Assembly (NCBI GenBank): GCA_020832005.1
Contig: JAFIFN010000002.1
Location: 13,600-77,599 of the forward strand
DNA from: Gammaproteobacteria bacterium
GTDB lineage: Bacteria > Pseudomonadota > Gammaproteobacteria > Steroidobacterales > PWYM01
Reading direction: 5' to 3'
DNA: 64,000 nucleotides
Each line of letters starts with the position of its first letter. Within the stretch, counting starts at the first letter, position 1. The notes under the pieces were generated by a model. The model was not told the DNA's origin, ran no database searches, and worked only from the letters and a program-made list of their open reading frames with translations. Made by a program: the position numbers and the translations under genes. Below are positions 26,127 to 36,576 of the stretch, one piece after another.

Positions 26127-27880
26127 GGACATATCCCGATCGCACGATTGCCATGCGTGCGGTACCTCTCGCGATGATCGCGTGGCTGGCACTGAGCGCC
26201 TGCGGTGAGGCGCCGCCGATAGCGCGCACTGACCTGCCGGCAGACCGCCCGGCCAACGACCTGGCGGCCACATTAACCGTGCGCCCCAACTTCGTGGTGA
26301 TTCTGGCCGACGACCTGGGATACACCGATATCGGTGCCTTTGGCGGCGAAATCCGCACGCCACACCTCGATGCGCTGGCTCGCGAGGGTCTGGTGTTCTC
26401 AAACTTCTATGCTTCGCCGGCGTGTTCACCCACGCGCGCGATGCTGATGTCGGGCATGGACAACCATCGGGCCGGACTCGGCAATCTCGCCGAGCGTCTG
26501 TCGCCCAACCAGGTCGGCCAGCCGGGTTACGAAGGATTCCTACCCGCGCAGGTGGCCGCCTTGCCTGAAGTACTGCGTGCCGCGGGCTACCGCACTTACA
26601 TGACGGGGAAGTGGCACCTCGGACTGGAGGAAGGCAACAGCCCTGCCGCCGCCGGTTTTGATCGCTCGTTTGCGCTCGCTCCGTCAGGCGCGAGTCACTT
26701 CAGCGACATGCTGCCAGTGCGTGGTCCGGGGCGCGCGATCTATCGCGAGGATGGCAGACTCGTCGAGTCGCTTCCCGAGGACTTCTACTCGACCCGCTTC
26801 TACACCGAGCGCCTGATCGAATACATCGATGAGAATCGCGACAGCGGACAGCCTTTTTTCGCGTATCTCGCATTCACCGCTCCGCACTTCCCCCTGCAGG
26901 CGCCAGACGAGTCCATCGCCCGGTACGCAGACCGCTACGATGAAGGCTACGATGCACTGCACGCGCAGCGCCTGCACCGGCTCGAACAGCTGGGGCTTAT
27001 CCAGGCTGGCATCGAGCCTTACCCGCGACAGCGCTCGGAGCGCCCGTGGTCGGAACTCGATGCACAGGAACGGCAGGTATCTGCCCGGCGAATGGAAATC
27101 CATGCCGCGATGGTGGACGACATGGATCGTTACATCGGCCGACTGATCAGCTACCTGCGCGATACCGGCCAGTATGAGCACACCGTAATTGTTTTCCTCT
27201 CCGACAACGGAGCCGAAGGCCGCTGGCTGCATCAGGGTCTGACGCCGCTGAAGGCCTGGGCCGACGAGTGTTGCGACAACAGCCTTGAGAACATGGGTCG
27301 GCCAGGTTCGTACGTGATGCTCGGGGCAAACTGGGCGCGGGCGATCACCGGCCCGTATCGCATGTTCAAGGGGTTCACTACCGAGGGAGGTATACGGGTT
27401 CCAGCATTGCTGCACGCACCCGCCCTTGTCGCCGAGGGCAGGCAGGTCGACGAGCCGGTGACAGTCATGGATGTCATGCCGACGCTGCTCGATCTGGCCG
27501 GCATCGGCCACCCGGCGCCGCACTTCGAGGATCGCGAAGTCATGCCCATGCAGGGTCGGTCCATGCGCCCGGTGATACACGGTATCGGAACGGTGGCGGA
27601 TGAACAGGGCTTCGCCATGGGTTGGGAACTGCAGGGCAAGCGCGCCTACCGTCTGGGCGAATGGAAAATCGTCTGGCAACCCGCGCAGGCGGGCTGGGCG
27701 CCTTGGCCAAGCGCGGTCAGGGTCGATGACTGGCAGCTCTACCACCTGGGGGAGGATCCTGCCGAACTTCATGACCTTTCTGCCCGGCATCCGGAGAAGA
27801 GAGAGGAGCTGATCGGGCGCTGGGCAGAGTACGCGCGCAGGAACCACGTGATTTTGCCGGACAGGGTCGGTGACTACTAG
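26123..27880 (+). CDS. arylsulfatase (Cys-type, formylglycine-dependent), lipoprotein
   Basis: This is the C-terminal 585 aa of ORF 25532..27880. The ATG at 26123 overlaps the MFS stop (ATGA); an alternative ATG lies at 26153. Lipobox [28 protein letters not shown] and the sulfatase signature [14 protein letters not shown] (C-x-P-x-R). Confidence 0.9.
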   Translation: MRTYPDRTIAMRAVPLAMIAWLALSACGEAPPIARTDLPADRPANDLAATLTVRPNFVVILADDLGYTDIGAFGGEIRTPHLDALAREGLVFSNFYASPACSPTRAMLMSGMDNHRAGLGNLAERLSPNQVGQPGYEGFLPAQVAALPEVLRAAGYRTYMTGKWHLGLEEGNSPAAAGFDRSFALAPSGASHFSDMLPVRGPGRAIYREDGRLVESLPEDFYSTRFYTERLIEYIDENRDSGQPFFAYLAFTAPHFPLQAPDESIARYADRYDEGYDALHAQRLHRLEQLGLIQAGIEPYPRQRSERPWSELDAQERQVSARRMEIHAAMVDDMDRYIGRLISYLRDTGQYEHTVIVFLSDNGAEGRWLHQGLTPLKAWADECCDNSLENMGRPGSYVMLGANWARAITGPYRMFKGFTTEGGIRVPALLHAPALVAEGRQVDEPVTVMDVMPTLLDLAGIGHPAPHFEDREVMPMQGRSMRPVIHGIGTVADEQGFAMGWELQGKRAYRLGEWKIVWQPAQAGWAPWPSAVRVDDWQLYHLGEDPAELHDLSARHPEKREELIGRWAEYARRNHVILPDRVGDY

Positions 27881-29588
27881 GCCGCGACGATCCGAGATCG
27901 TGACACGCGGGCTGTCGCGCGCCCCGCACAGGGCTTTTCTGCGAGGCATGGGACTCACCGACGAGGATCTCGAGAAGCCTTTCGTCGGTGTGGTCACCAC
28001 CGCAGGCGAGACCACACCCTGCAATCTGAACCTTGCCAGCCAGGCGCAGGGTGCCAAGCTTGCCATCGCCGAAGCCGGCGGCGTCGCCCGAGAGTTCACC
28101 ACCATATCAGTCGCCGACAGCGTGTCGATGAATCATCAGGGCATGCGATTCTCCCTGGTCGGTCGTGAAGTGATCGCCGACAGCATCGAGGCGGTGATGC
28201 GTGGGCATGCCTATGACGGCCTGGTCGGCTTCGCAGGCTGCGACAAGACCTTGCCGGGCATCATGATGGCTATGGTTCGGTGCAATGCGCCCGCCGCGTT
28301 CGTTTTCGGTGGCAGCACGCTGCCTGGACGCCTGCATGGCCGCGACGTCACGATCCTCGACGTGACCGAGGGGGTGGGTTCCGTGTTGGCCGCCACGCTC
28401 GAGCGACGGCAACTCGATGCCATGGAACGCATCTGCATCCCCGGCGCAGGCGCCTGCCCAGGTCAGTTCACGGCCAATACCATGGGCATGGTGGCCGAGG
28501 CGCTGGGTCTCGCGCCACTAAACTCATCGGTGATTCCGGCGGTGTACGCCGCACGCGCGGAAGTATCGCGACGGGCCGGCGCAGCGGTGATGAGGATGCT
28601 TGGCGAGGGCGGACCCCTGCCTAGGGACCTGGTGACGCGAAAGAGCCTCGAGAACGCCTGCGCGGTGGTCGCTGCGACCGGCGGCTCGACGAATGCAGCA
28701 TTGCATATTCCGGCGATTGCTCATGAAGCCGGCATCCGCTTCGGACTCGACGATGTCGCGGCGGTGTTCCAACGCACACCCCACCTCGCCGATCTGCAGC
28801 CCGGTGGCCGGTATCTGGTCAAGGATCTGCATGACATCGGCGGCACCTCGATGATTTTCCGGGCACTGGTCGAAGGTGGCTACCTGCACGGCGACTGCCT
28901 GTATCTGGAGGGCGGCACGATCGGCGAGCAACTCGCCGCGGCGTGCCCGCCTGACGGCGAGATCGTACGCACGCTGGCCAATCCGGTATCCGCCAGCGGC
29001 GGCCTTGCCGTGCTCAAGGGCAACCTCTGCCCTGATGGGGCGCTGATCAAGGTCGCTGGCCTGAAGCAGCTGCAGTTCGAGGGGCCGGCAAGGGTATTCG
29101 AAAGCGAAGAAGCCTGTATGCACGCCGTGAGGTCGCGGGACTTCGCCCCCGGTTCGGTGCTGGTGATCAGAAACGAGGGCCCCCGGGGAGGACCCGGCAT
29201 GCGCGAGATGCTCGGTGTCACGTCGCTGCTCTATGGCCACGGCCTCGGCGAACAGGTGGCGCTGCTGACCGACGGTCGATTCTCGGGGGCCACGCGCGGC
29301 ATGTGTATAGGTTACGTCGGGCCTGAAGCCGCGGTCGGTGGGCCGATTGCCCTGCTTCGCGATGGCGATCGCATTCGTGTCGACGCCGATCGCGGAAGCA
29401 TCGATGTCCTGCTGGATGCCGAAGAGTTGCAAGCGCGTGCGGCGCGCTGGCAGCCACCCGACCCGGGCCGACTCGGCGGCGTGCTGGAGAAATACGCCGC
29501 GCTGGTGGGTCCGGCTCACCTCGGCGCCGTCACGCACCGCGGGGCAGTCGATTGGCCCCTCGAGCATCCGGCGGCCGCGGATGAATAG
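27870..29588 (+). CDS. IlvD/Edd family dehydratase (dihydroxy-acid / sugar-acid dehydratase)
   Basis: ORF 27870..29588, 572 aa. [43 protein letters not shown]. It overlaps the sulfatase end by 11 nt. Confidence 0.9.
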   Translation: MTTRPRRSEIVTRGLSRAPHRAFLRGMGLTDEDLEKPFVGVVTTAGETTPCNLNLASQAQGAKLAIAEAGGVAREFTTISVADSVSMNHQGMRFSLVGREVIADSIEAVMRGHAYDGLVGFAGCDKTLPGIMMAMVRCNAPAAFVFGGSTLPGRLHGRDVTILDVTEGVGSVLAATLERRQLDAMERICIPGAGACPGQFTANTMGMVAEALGLAPLNSSVIPAVYAARAEVSRRAGAAVMRMLGEGGPLPRDLVTRKSLENACAVVAATGGSTNAALHIPAIAHEAGIRFGLDDVAAVFQRTPHLADLQPGGRYLVKDLHDIGGTSMIFRALVEGGYLHGDCLYLEGGTIGEQLAAACPPDGEIVRTLANPVSASGGLAVLKGNLCPDGALIKVAGLKQLQFEGPARVFESEEACMHAVRSRDFAPGSVLVIRNEGPRGGPGMREMLGVTSLLYGHGLGEQVALLTDGRFSGATRGMCIGYVGPEAAVGGPIALLRDGDRIRVDADRGSIDVLLDAEELQARAARWQPPDPGRLGGVLEKYAALVGPAHLGAVTHRGAVDWPLEHPAAADE

Positions 29589-30459
29589 GGCTGCGGTCGG
29601 ATTCATCGGCATCGGCAAGATGGGCTTGCCGATGGTCGGGCGCCTGCTTAGTGCCGGACATGCAGTCACGGCGTTCAATCGCACGCCTGGCAAGCTCGAC
29701 GCGGTGCGTGAGGCTGGCGCCAGCGTCGCCGCATGCCCGGCAGATGTCGCCGCAGCTACCGAGCTGATCGTGCTGTGTCTGCGCGACTCGGCCGCTGTCG
29801 AGGACGTTGTGTTCGGGCCCAACGGAATTGCCGCGGCCCGACGATGCGAAGGCAGGCTGCTGGTGGACTGCTCGAGCATCTCACCAGCGTGCACGCGGGC
29901 CCTCGCGGCCAGACTGGAGGATGTTGCCGGCATGCACTGGCTGGACGCGCCGGTCTCGGGCGGCGTGATCGGCGCGCAGCGCGGCTCCCTGGTATTCATG
30001 TGCGGCGGCGCGGCCGAGGACTACGAGCGTGCCCAAAGGGTCTTCGCCAGCCTCGGCCAGCACAGCACGCACATGGGGCCGGTGGGCAGTGGCCAGGTCA
30101 CCAAGCTGTGTAACCAGATGATCGTGAGCTGCAATCTCGCAGTCATTGCCGAGGCCATCAACCTTGCGCAGCGCACGGGGGTCGACGCGCAACGCCTGCC
30201 GGAAGCGCTTCACGGCGGGTTTGCCGATTCGCTGCCATTGCAGATCTACGGGCCGCGCATGGCCCAAGCCGACGAACGGCCTGCGATGGGCGAGATTCGC
30301 ACCATGCACAAGGACATGCTCAATGCCCTGCAGCACGCGCAGGCACAGGGTGTGCCGACGCCGATGACCGAAAGCGCTGCAGCACTGTATGCCCAGGTCG
30401 CAAACAGCGGCTACGCCTCTGCCGATCTCGAGGCACTCATCAGGCTGTTCGATCGATGA
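29581..30459 (+). CDS. NAD(P)-dependent beta-hydroxyacid dehydrogenase (3-hydroxyisobutyrate dehydrogenase family)
   Basis: ORF 29338..30459 trimmed to the ATG at 29581, which overlaps the dehydratase stop. [18 protein letters not shown] Rossmann motif, [18 protein letters not shown]. Confidence 0.85.
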   Translation: MNRAAVGFIGIGKMGLPMVGRLLSAGHAVTAFNRTPGKLDAVREAGASVAACPADVAAATELIVLCLRDSAAVEDVVFGPNGIAAARRCEGRLLVDCSSISPACTRALAARLEDVAGMHWLDAPVSGGVIGAQRGSLVFMCGGAAEDYERAQRVFASLGQHSTHMGPVGSGQVTKLCNQMIVSCNLAVIAEAINLAQRTGVDAQRLPEALHGGFADSLPLQIYGPRMAQADERPAMGEIRTMHKDMLNALQHAQAQGVPTPMTESAAALYAQVANSGYASADLEALIRLFDR

Positions 30460-30499
30460 GCAGGCTTGCATCAATGGGTCGCCAGCAGGCGTTTTCCTA

Positions 30500-30528
30500 A
30501 ATTGTATATTGTCGATTGTCGACAATAT
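30500..30528. promoter_or_regulatory. candidate GntR/FadR-type operator upstream of the SnoaL-FAH-MDR-VOC operon
   Basis: AATTGTATATTGTCGATTGTCGACAATAT. The palindrome ATTGTCGACAAT sits at 30515-30526, 66 nt before the ATG at 30592. The 13-mer AATTGTATATTGT (30500-30512) is identical to 34443-34455. Confidence 0.6.
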
Positions 30529-30591
30529 GAGTATGATTCGAAAGAACAGGAAACCTCCTGCGCAAGCGCACCCGACAGCGATGGACGCCAG

Positions 30592-31032
30592 ATGACCGCA
30601 CCAGATGCCCTCGACCTGACCACCCAGCGCCAGCTGGAGGCGCTGCTCAGCGAATTCGCCTGGCGCGTCGACCATGGCATGGCCGATCGCGTGCATGAAC
30701 TGTTTACCGACGATGGCGAGATTTCCGCGCCAGGGCTGGCTCTCAAGGGTCGGCCCGAGATCGCGAGAACTTTCGGCGCACGCTCGAAGAACCCGCGTCG
30801 GGTGTCGCGCCACTTCTGGAGCAATCCGCGCTTCGAGCGCCTCGGCGAGCGCACCGTCCGGGTGATCACCGCGGTTCAAACCTACATGCATGTACTGGCA
30901 GACAACGAAGCGCTGCCGGCGCCGGTGGGTTCGTGCGTGGTCGGCGATTCCACGGACATCATGGATCACGGATCCGACGGCCGGTGGCGATTTCGTTCCC
31001 GGACGCTCGATGTCGTTTTCCGGTTCGATTGA
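30592..31032 (+). CDS. SnoaL-like / NTF2-fold protein
   Basis: ORF 30466..31032 trimmed to the ATG at 30592, 146 aa. QLEALLSEFAWRVDHGMADRVHELFTDDGE and ...WRFRSRTLDVVF fit the SnoaL_4/NTF2-like size and pattern. The call is weak. Confidence 0.6.
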   Translation: MTAPDALDLTTQRQLEALLSEFAWRVDHGMADRVHELFTDDGEISAPGLALKGRPEIARTFGARSKNPRRVSRHFWSNPRFERLGERTVRVITAVQTYMHVLADNEALPAPVGSCVVGDSTDIMDHGSDGRWRFRSRTLDVVFRFD

Positions 31033-31058
31033 GCCTGCCCGCAGCGACCGACTCACTG

Positions 31059-31970
31059 ATGAAACTGGTGACATTCACCTGGCGCAACAAGACCTCCATC
31101 GGCGCGGTTCGCGACGATACGGTCATCGACCTGCGCCAGGCAGCACCGCAACTTCCCGAGACCATGCGACGCTTTCTGGAGGCCGGCGGTGAGGCCCTGG
31201 AGATCGCTCGGCGGGTGGTGGAGTCCGCACGCGACGCCATTCCCTTGAGCGACGTGCGACTTGAAGCGCCTGTGCCCGATCCACGCAAGTTTCTGGGTAT
31301 TGGCGGCAACACCCGCTCGCATCTCGAAGAGGTACGGGCGGCCGGCGTGCCCATCAGGCACTCACCCCACCAGACCTGGTTCAACAAGCAGGTGACCTGC
31401 ATCAACGGCCCCTACGACGATGTGCACCTGCCACGCATCTCGCACGAACTCGATTACGAAGGCGAGCTGGCCATGGTGATAGGACGGCGCTGCCGCAACG
31501 TCAAGCAAGCCCGGGCGCTGGAGGTGGTCGCGGGCTATACCGTCTGCAACGACATCAGCGTACGTGACTGGCAGTTGCGTGCACCGACCGCAACGCTTGG
31601 CAAATCGTTCGATACGCATGGGCCAGTTGGCCCGTGGATCGTCACCGCCGACGAGATCCCGGATCCGCATGCGCTTTCGTTGCGAACATGGGTCAATGAT
31701 GAGCTGCGCATGGACGGTCGCACCGACGAGTTTCTGCACAGCTGCGACGAAATGATCGCCGAGCTCTCCAGTGTATTCACGCTCGAGCCGGGCGACATAC
31801 TCACCACCGGCTCGCCCGCGGGTGTCGGAGCGTTGATGCAGCCACCACGATTCCTGCGCGTCGGCGATGTCGTCAGAGTAGAGGTCGAGCGTATCGGCTG
31901 GATCGAGAACCCGATCATCGAGGCACCAGCGGATTTCGTATATCTGCCGCCCAGGGGAATGGGCGCATGA
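31059..31970 (+). CDS. fumarylacetoacetate hydrolase (FAH) family protein
   Basis: ORF 30933..31970 trimmed to the ATG at 31059. LDYEGELAMVIGR, GYTVCNDISVRDWQ, KSFDTHGPVGPWIVT and LEPGDILTTGSPAGVG are FAH-family hallmarks. Confidence 0.9.
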   Translation: MKLVTFTWRNKTSIGAVRDDTVIDLRQAAPQLPETMRRFLEAGGEALEIARRVVESARDAIPLSDVRLEAPVPDPRKFLGIGGNTRSHLEEVRAAGVPIRHSPHQTWFNKQVTCINGPYDDVHLPRISHELDYEGELAMVIGRRCRNVKQARALEVVAGYTVCNDISVRDWQLRAPTATLGKSFDTHGPVGPWIVTADEIPDPHALSLRTWVNDELRMDGRTDEFLHSCDEMIAELSSVFTLEPGDILTTGSPAGVGALMQPPRFLRVGDVVRVEVERIGWIENPIIEAPADFVYLPPRGMGA

Positions 31971-33061
31971 CTGCCACGATGCGGGCAGTGCAGATCAGGC
32001 GCTATGGCCCAGCCGAGCAGGTCCTTGAACTGGTCGAAGACGTGCCCGTCCCAGTGCCCGCCGCCGACGAAATCCTGATTCGTGCCAGCGCGACCGCCAT
32101 AAATCCGGTCGACTGCACGGCACGCAACGGTTATGGCCGGCATTTCTTTTCATCCCTGTGGGGTGATCTGCCACTGATACTCGGCCGCGATGTGTCTGGA
32201 ACGGTGGTCGCAGCGGGCAGTGAAGTGCGCAGCTTCTCGGCAGGTGACGAAGTGTATGCCGCACCGCATATCGGTTGCTATGCAGAGTACGTCGTCGTGA
32301 AGGCGGCCCATGCTGCAACCAAGCCACGCAACCTTGATCATCTTCAGGCGGCGGCGCTGCCATTCGTCGCGCTGACCACGTGGTCGGCGCTGGTCGATCA
32401 CGCCGGGTTGTCGCCAGGCAATGCGCACGGCCTCCAGGCGGTGATTCCACGCGCTGCCGGCGGAGTCGGCAGCTTCGCCGTGCAGTTGCTCAAAGCCTGG
32501 GGCGCCCATGTCAGTGCGATCTGCAGCACCCGCAATGTCGAGCTGGTTCGCGCGCTGGGCGCCGACGTGGTGATCGACTACACGCGGCAGGATTTCTCCG
32601 AGCTGCTGCGCGACCAGGACCTCGTGCTCGACACCGTAGGCAAGCCCAGCGATTTCGAAACCATGGAGGGCCCGCGACCAAACGCCGGCAGCGAAGAAGA
32701 CTTCGACGACAAGCTGCTCAATGTACTCAAGCGCGGCAACGACGCAGTCTATGTCACCATCTGCTCGCCCAAGATGATGCTCACGGACAGTCTCGGCCTG
32801 CAGCAAGGCCTGCAACAGGCTCAGAAGATTTTCCAGCAGCGCGCCGCCGTTCAGCAGGCGCTTGGCCGACGATACTGCTGGTCTTTCTTCAATCCCAGCG
32901 GCGCGGCACTTGCCAGGATCAGCGAACTGGTGGAATCCGGCGACATCAAGCCAGTTATCGACAGCGAGTTCGCCCTGGAAGACATGGTTGCGGCGCACCA
33001 GCGGAGTGAGTCCGGTCGGACTCAGGGCAAGATCGTCATCCGGATTGGCGGGGCTTCCTAG
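31967..33061 (+). CDS. medium-chain (zinc-type) dehydrogenase/reductase, quinone-oxidoreductase-like
   Basis: ORF 31967..33061. The ATGA overlap joins it to the FAH gene. MRAVQIRRYGPAEQVLELVEDVPVPVPAADEILIRASATAINPVD and the Rossmann motif AAGGVGSFAVQLLK. Confidence 0.85.
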   Translation: MTATMRAVQIRRYGPAEQVLELVEDVPVPVPAADEILIRASATAINPVDCTARNGYGRHFFSSLWGDLPLILGRDVSGTVVAAGSEVRSFSAGDEVYAAPHIGCYAEYVVVKAAHAATKPRNLDHLQAAALPFVALTTWSALVDHAGLSPGNAHGLQAVIPRAAGGVGSFAVQLLKAWGAHVSAICSTRNVELVRALGADVVIDYTRQDFSELLRDQDLVLDTVGKPSDFETMEGPRPNAGSEEDFDDKLLNVLKRGNDAVYVTICSPKMMLTDSLGLQQGLQQAQKIFQQRAAVQQALGRRYCWSFFNPSGAALARISELVESGDIKPVIDSEFALEDMVAAHQRSESGRTQGKIVIRIGGAS

Positions 33062-33072
33062 GAGCACATGCC

Positions 33073-33681
33073 ATGAGAAAATTCGACGCTCGCGTGGTGG
33101 TCCCCGCGAAAGCCCGCGGCAAGATCGCGCCCGTACGCATGTCTCATGTGGTGCTCAATACACATCCGGACAATTACGAGGCCATGGTTGCGTGGTATCT
33201 GGCAGTGTTCGAAGGCGAGATCGCCTATGCCAATGATGAAGTCGCGTTCCTGGGGTTCGATGAGGAGCATCACCGCATTGCTATCGCGGCCGTGCCCCAT
33301 GTTGTAGAGCCACGTCCGAAGGCCTGGGGCCTGAATCATTTCGCTTTCACTTACGAGAGTCTTGAGCAGTTGCTCGAGACCTATCAGCGTTTGAAACAGG
33401 GAGGGATTACGCCTTACTGGCCGATTCTCCATGGCCCGACCACGTCGCTGTACTATAAGGATCCTGATCTCAATCGCGTCGAGCTGCTGTGTGACAATCT
33501 ACAGGGCGAGGAGCTCCTTGAGTTCTTCAAGTCCGGAGCGTTCGATGAAAACTTCATGGGGATTATATTCGATCCGGACGAGATGCACGCGAAGCTTAAG
33601 GCAGGCGTGCCCAAGGAGGAACTGACGCGTCGCGAGCGGCTGGCCGAGGGACAGACACCCTGGGACATGTATCGCGAGTAG
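33073..33681 (+). CDS. VOC family protein (extradiol-dioxygenase-like fold)
   Basis: ORF 33073..33681, with GGAG upstream. MSHVVLNTHPDNYEAMVAWYLAVFEGEI..HHRIAIA..LNHFAFTYESLEQLLETY..HGPTTSLYYKDPDLNRVEL fits VOC modules. Confidence 0.75.
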   Translation: MRKFDARVVVPAKARGKIAPVRMSHVVLNTHPDNYEAMVAWYLAVFEGEIAYANDEVAFLGFDEEHHRIAIAAVPHVVEPRPKAWGLNHFAFTYESLEQLLETYQRLKQGGITPYWPILHGPTTSLYYKDPDLNRVELLCDNLQGEELLEFFKSGAFDENFMGIIFDPDEMHAKLKAGVPKEELTRRERLAEGQTPWDMYRE

Positions 33682-33684
33682 GCT

Positions 33685-34389
33685 TCAGCGGCTGGCAGCC
33701 AGACGCTGCTTGATTTTCTCTACAGTGCTGAGAAGATGCGCATGCAGTCTGCTTGTGGCCCGCTCGCGATCGCGCGCGAGCAAGGCGGCGATGAATTCCT
33801 CATGTTCCTCGAAAGAGTCGTCTGTCACCGCTTCCAGGGCCCCCGACAGGTTCTGCAACCGGGTGATGAAGCGCTGTATACCTTCGTGAGTAGACACCAG
33901 CGCAGCATTGCCGCTGGCCGCTACAATGGCGCGGTGCACGGTATTGTTAAGCTCGAAATAACGCGCGACATCATGGCGCTTGCTGCAGGCACGCATGCGT
34001 TCGTGCAGTTGCCGGATATCGACGAGCTGCTCATCGGTCGCACGGCTGCAGGCCAAGTCGATCGCCAGCACCTCCAGCGCCATGAGCACCTCGGCGTGCT
34101 CGACCGCGTCGATCGCGGTTGGCCGGGTAACCACCGCCCCTCGTCCGGGCAGCAGTTCCAGCAAGCCCTCCTTGGCCATCACCTGGAACGCCTCGCGCAA
34201 AGGCGAACGCGAGACACCATAGCGTTCGCACAGCACACGCTCCTGCAGGCGAGAGCCAGGCGCCCACAACCCCTCCACGATCTCGGCACGCAGGCGCGCG
34301 GCGATCTCTTCCTGCAGGGGTCGCCGGGGAATCGGACTCGGGGCGTCGGTGGCGCTCAACGCGCCAGGAATGTCGGGCCTGCGTGCCAT
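33685..34389 (-). CDS. GntR family transcriptional regulator, FadR subfamily (FCD domain)
   Basis: ORF 33685..34389. Winged HTH LQERVLCERYGVSRSPLREAFQVMAKEGLLELLPGRGAVV, then a helical FCD-type C-terminal domain. Confidence 0.9.
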   Translation of the reverse strand: MARRPDIPGALSATDAPSPIPRRPLQEEIAARLRAEIVEGLWAPGSRLQERVLCERYGVSRSPLREAFQVMAKEGLLELLPGRGAVVTRPTAIDAVEHAEVLMALEVLAIDLACSRATDEQLVDIRQLHERMRACSKRHDVARYFELNNTVHRAIVAASGNAALVSTHEGIQRFITRLQNLSGALEAVTDDSFEEHEEFIAALLARDRERATSRLHAHLLSTVEKIKQRLAASR

Positions 34390-34442
34390 CGATGGAACGA
34401 TCCTTCAGGACGGTGTATGCCGGGCGGAAAACTGGAAGCTCG

Positions 34443-34462
34443 AATTGTATATTGTAGACGAA
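34443..34462. promoter_or_regulatory. candidate GntR operator in the GntR/FGE divergent intergenic region
   Basis: AATTGTATATTGTAGACGAA. The first 13 nt are identical to 30500-30512 and related to 22376-22390. It lies in the 131-nt gap between the starts at 34389 (-) and 34521 (+). Confidence 0.55.
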
Positions 34463-34520
34463 ACCACTTCATACCGAGTGAACAATCCCTCGCGCCGAGG
34501 GCGTTCGGGAGACATTTCTG

Positions 34521-35612
34521 ATGCGGAAAGTCACACGCGGGACCGACCGCCTCGGCGGTGCCCGAGGCCCGTTCAGGGCCGGTCTGTTCGGGCTCGCGGC
34601 CACGCTCGCGATTGGTTTGGCGCCCCGCGTACATGGCCTTGGCAGTGAATCCGCTGCGGTCTGTGATGGTCGCTTTCATCACGAAGTGAACGGCCCCAAC
34701 GGCCACGCACGGGTCTGGATAGAGACCGGACGTTTTCACATGGGTGACGCGCACGGCTATGTCGAAGAGGGTCCCGTGGTGGAACGCGCAGTGGACGGGT
34801 TCTGGATGGACAGCTTCGCCGTCACCAACGGTCAGTTTGCCGCTTTCGTCGAGGCCACGGGCTATGTGACAGTGGCCGAGCGGAAAGGCCTGGACTTCGA
34901 TGCGGCGCAGTCGGTCGGTGATGCAGGCGCGGCGGTATTTCGCCGACGCGGCGATTCGCCGACGTCCCAGAGACAGCCTGGTTACTGGACTTTCGTGCCA
35001 GGGGCGAGCTGGCGCCATCCGGACGGACCGGGGAGCACGATCGAGGGCGCAGAGCACTTTCCGGTGGTCCAGGTCGCTTTCGAAGATGCCGCGGCCTATG
35101 CGACATGGGTGGGTGCCGAGCTGCCGTCGGAGGTGCAGTGGGAATACGCAGCGCGCGGCGGCCTGGCCTCAGCGCGCTATGCCTGGGGCGATGAGTTCCA
35201 GCCCGAGGGCCGATTCATGGCCAATACCTGGCAAGGCGAGTTCCCATTTATCGATGAGGGCCTGGATGGTTTCCCGGGGCTCGCTCCGGTGGGCTGCTTC
35301 GCAGCCAACGGATTCGGTCTCTACGACATGATCGGCAACGTCTGGGAATGGACCACGACAGCCTTTCACCCCAAACACCGGCCTGAGCACGGCGCGGGTG
35401 CGCCCGAGCAAGCCACGCAGACCGTCACTGACCCCACAGCGGAGTTCCGGGTCATCAAGGGAGGATCGCACCTGTGCGCGGCCAATGCCTGCAGACGCTA
35501 TCGACCGGGCGCGCGCCAGCCCGCGGAGGCGGATCTGGGGACGAATCACATCGGCTTTCGGACGATCGTCACGGGCGCGCGGGACTTGCCGCCGGTCGCG
35601 TCGGACAGGTGA
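34521..35612 (+). CDS. formylglycine-generating enzyme (FGE/SUMF1 family)
   Basis: ORF 34521..35612. FWMDSFAVTNGQFAAFVEATGY, WRHPDG, PVVQVAFEDAAAYATWVG, LPSEVQWEYAARGG, YDMIGNVWEWT and GGSHLC are FGE-sulfatase domain hallmarks. Confidence 0.9.
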   Translation: MRKVTRGTDRLGGARGPFRAGLFGLAATLAIGLAPRVHGLGSESAAVCDGRFHHEVNGPNGHARVWIETGRFHMGDAHGYVEEGPVVERAVDGFWMDSFAVTNGQFAAFVEATGYVTVAERKGLDFDAAQSVGDAGAAVFRRRGDSPTSQRQPGYWTFVPGASWRHPDGPGSTIEGAEHFPVVQVAFEDAAAYATWVGAELPSEVQWEYAARGGLASARYAWGDEFQPEGRFMANTWQGEFPFIDEGLDGFPGLAPVGCFAANGFGLYDMIGNVWEWTTTAFHPKHRPEHGAGAPEQATQTVTDPTAEFRVIKGGSHLCAANACRRYRPGARQPAEADLGTNHIGFRTIVTGARDLPPVASDR

Positions 35613-35641
35613 CATTGTGTCGACTGCGGACCCAGGCCCAG

Positions 35642-36532
35642 TCAGGACAGCAGGCGTCCACCATCCACCGGCAGGACGACACCTGTCACGTAGCTGCCTG
35701 CCCTGGAACACAGGTAGATCACGGCCCCGGCGATGTCGTCCGGACCTCCCTGACGGCCCATTGGAATGGCTGCCTCGACCTGCTCACTGAGCTCAGGATC
35801 CCGACTGATGAACGCAGTCATCCTGGAGGGAAAGTATCCGGGGGCGATGGCGTTGACGTTGATGTGGTCAGCGCAGAGATCCCGCGCCAGAACCCTGCTC
35901 AGCTGATGCACTGCCGCCTTGCTGGCCGAGTAGGAGTAGGCACTGGCCACATCGGTGGAGACGCCGAATATCGATCCGATATTGATGATGCGCGCCGGGT
36001 CGGCCGGGCTTGCGCCTGACGCCAGAAGCGGATGCAGCCGCTGCGCCAACATGAAGGGCGCATATACATTGACGCCCATTACCTTCGGCCAGGCCTTGTC
36101 GGGAAACTCGCTGAACTGCGCGCCCCAGGTCGTCCCGGCATTGTTGATCAGAATGTGCAGACTCTCGGTGCCGATTCGCGACGCCAGTTCGTCCACACCC
36201 TCGGGGGTGGATACATCACAGTGCACTCCCCGGCAGGCCCCGAAAGGCCCGATCCTCTGGACTGCCGCGTCGAGCGTATCTCGATTGCGCCCGGTGATGA
36301 TCACATCCGCGCCTGCCTTCGCGAGCCCCGTGGCGATCATCTCGCCAATCCCGCCGGTCGCGCCTGTCACCAGGGCCGTCTTTCCGGTCAGGGAAAACAG
36401 CCTGCACAATTCTGAGAAGTTTTCTGCGTTCAAATGCCTGCCCTTCAATACCCCGACGCGGGTGCCTGTGGTCGCATACACGAGGTTTGTTGACAAAGAC
36501 CCGAGTAGACTTGATGCTTGGACGATAGTCAA
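35642..36532 (-). CDS. SDR family oxidoreductase
   Basis: ORF 35642..36532. GKTALVTGATGGIG, NNAG, and SAYSYSASKAAV (catalytic Y-x-x-x-K present). An unusually long (about 45 aa) N-terminal extension leaves the start uncertain. Confidence 0.85.
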   Translation of the reverse strand: MTIVQASSLLGSLSTNLVYATTGTRVGVLKGRHLNAENFSELCRLFSLTGKTALVTGATGGIGEMIATGLAKAGADVIITGRNRDTLDAAVQRIGPFGACRGVHCDVSTPEGVDELASRIGTESLHILINNAGTTWGAQFSEFPDKAWPKVMGVNVYAPFMLAQRLHPLLASGASPADPARIINIGSIFGVSTDVASAYSYSASKAAVHQLSRVLARDLCADHINVNAIAPGYFPSRMTAFISRDPELSEQVEAAIPMGRQGGPDDIAGAVIYLCSRAGSYVTGVVLPVDGGRLLS

Positions 36533-36576
36533 CTGAGTTGACAGACTTGCGCTTTATCCGGTGGGGGAGCCAGCGT

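Noticed and set aside
26684-28105. 473-aa minus-strand ORF opposite the sulfatase and dehydratase genes. The ORFs 28524..29999, 29881..31074 and 32150..33067 are the same kind of case.
   Set aside because: All are antisense to genes with diagnostic motifs ([13 protein letters not shown], Rossmann folds, FAH motifs). They are typical high-GC shadow ORFs.
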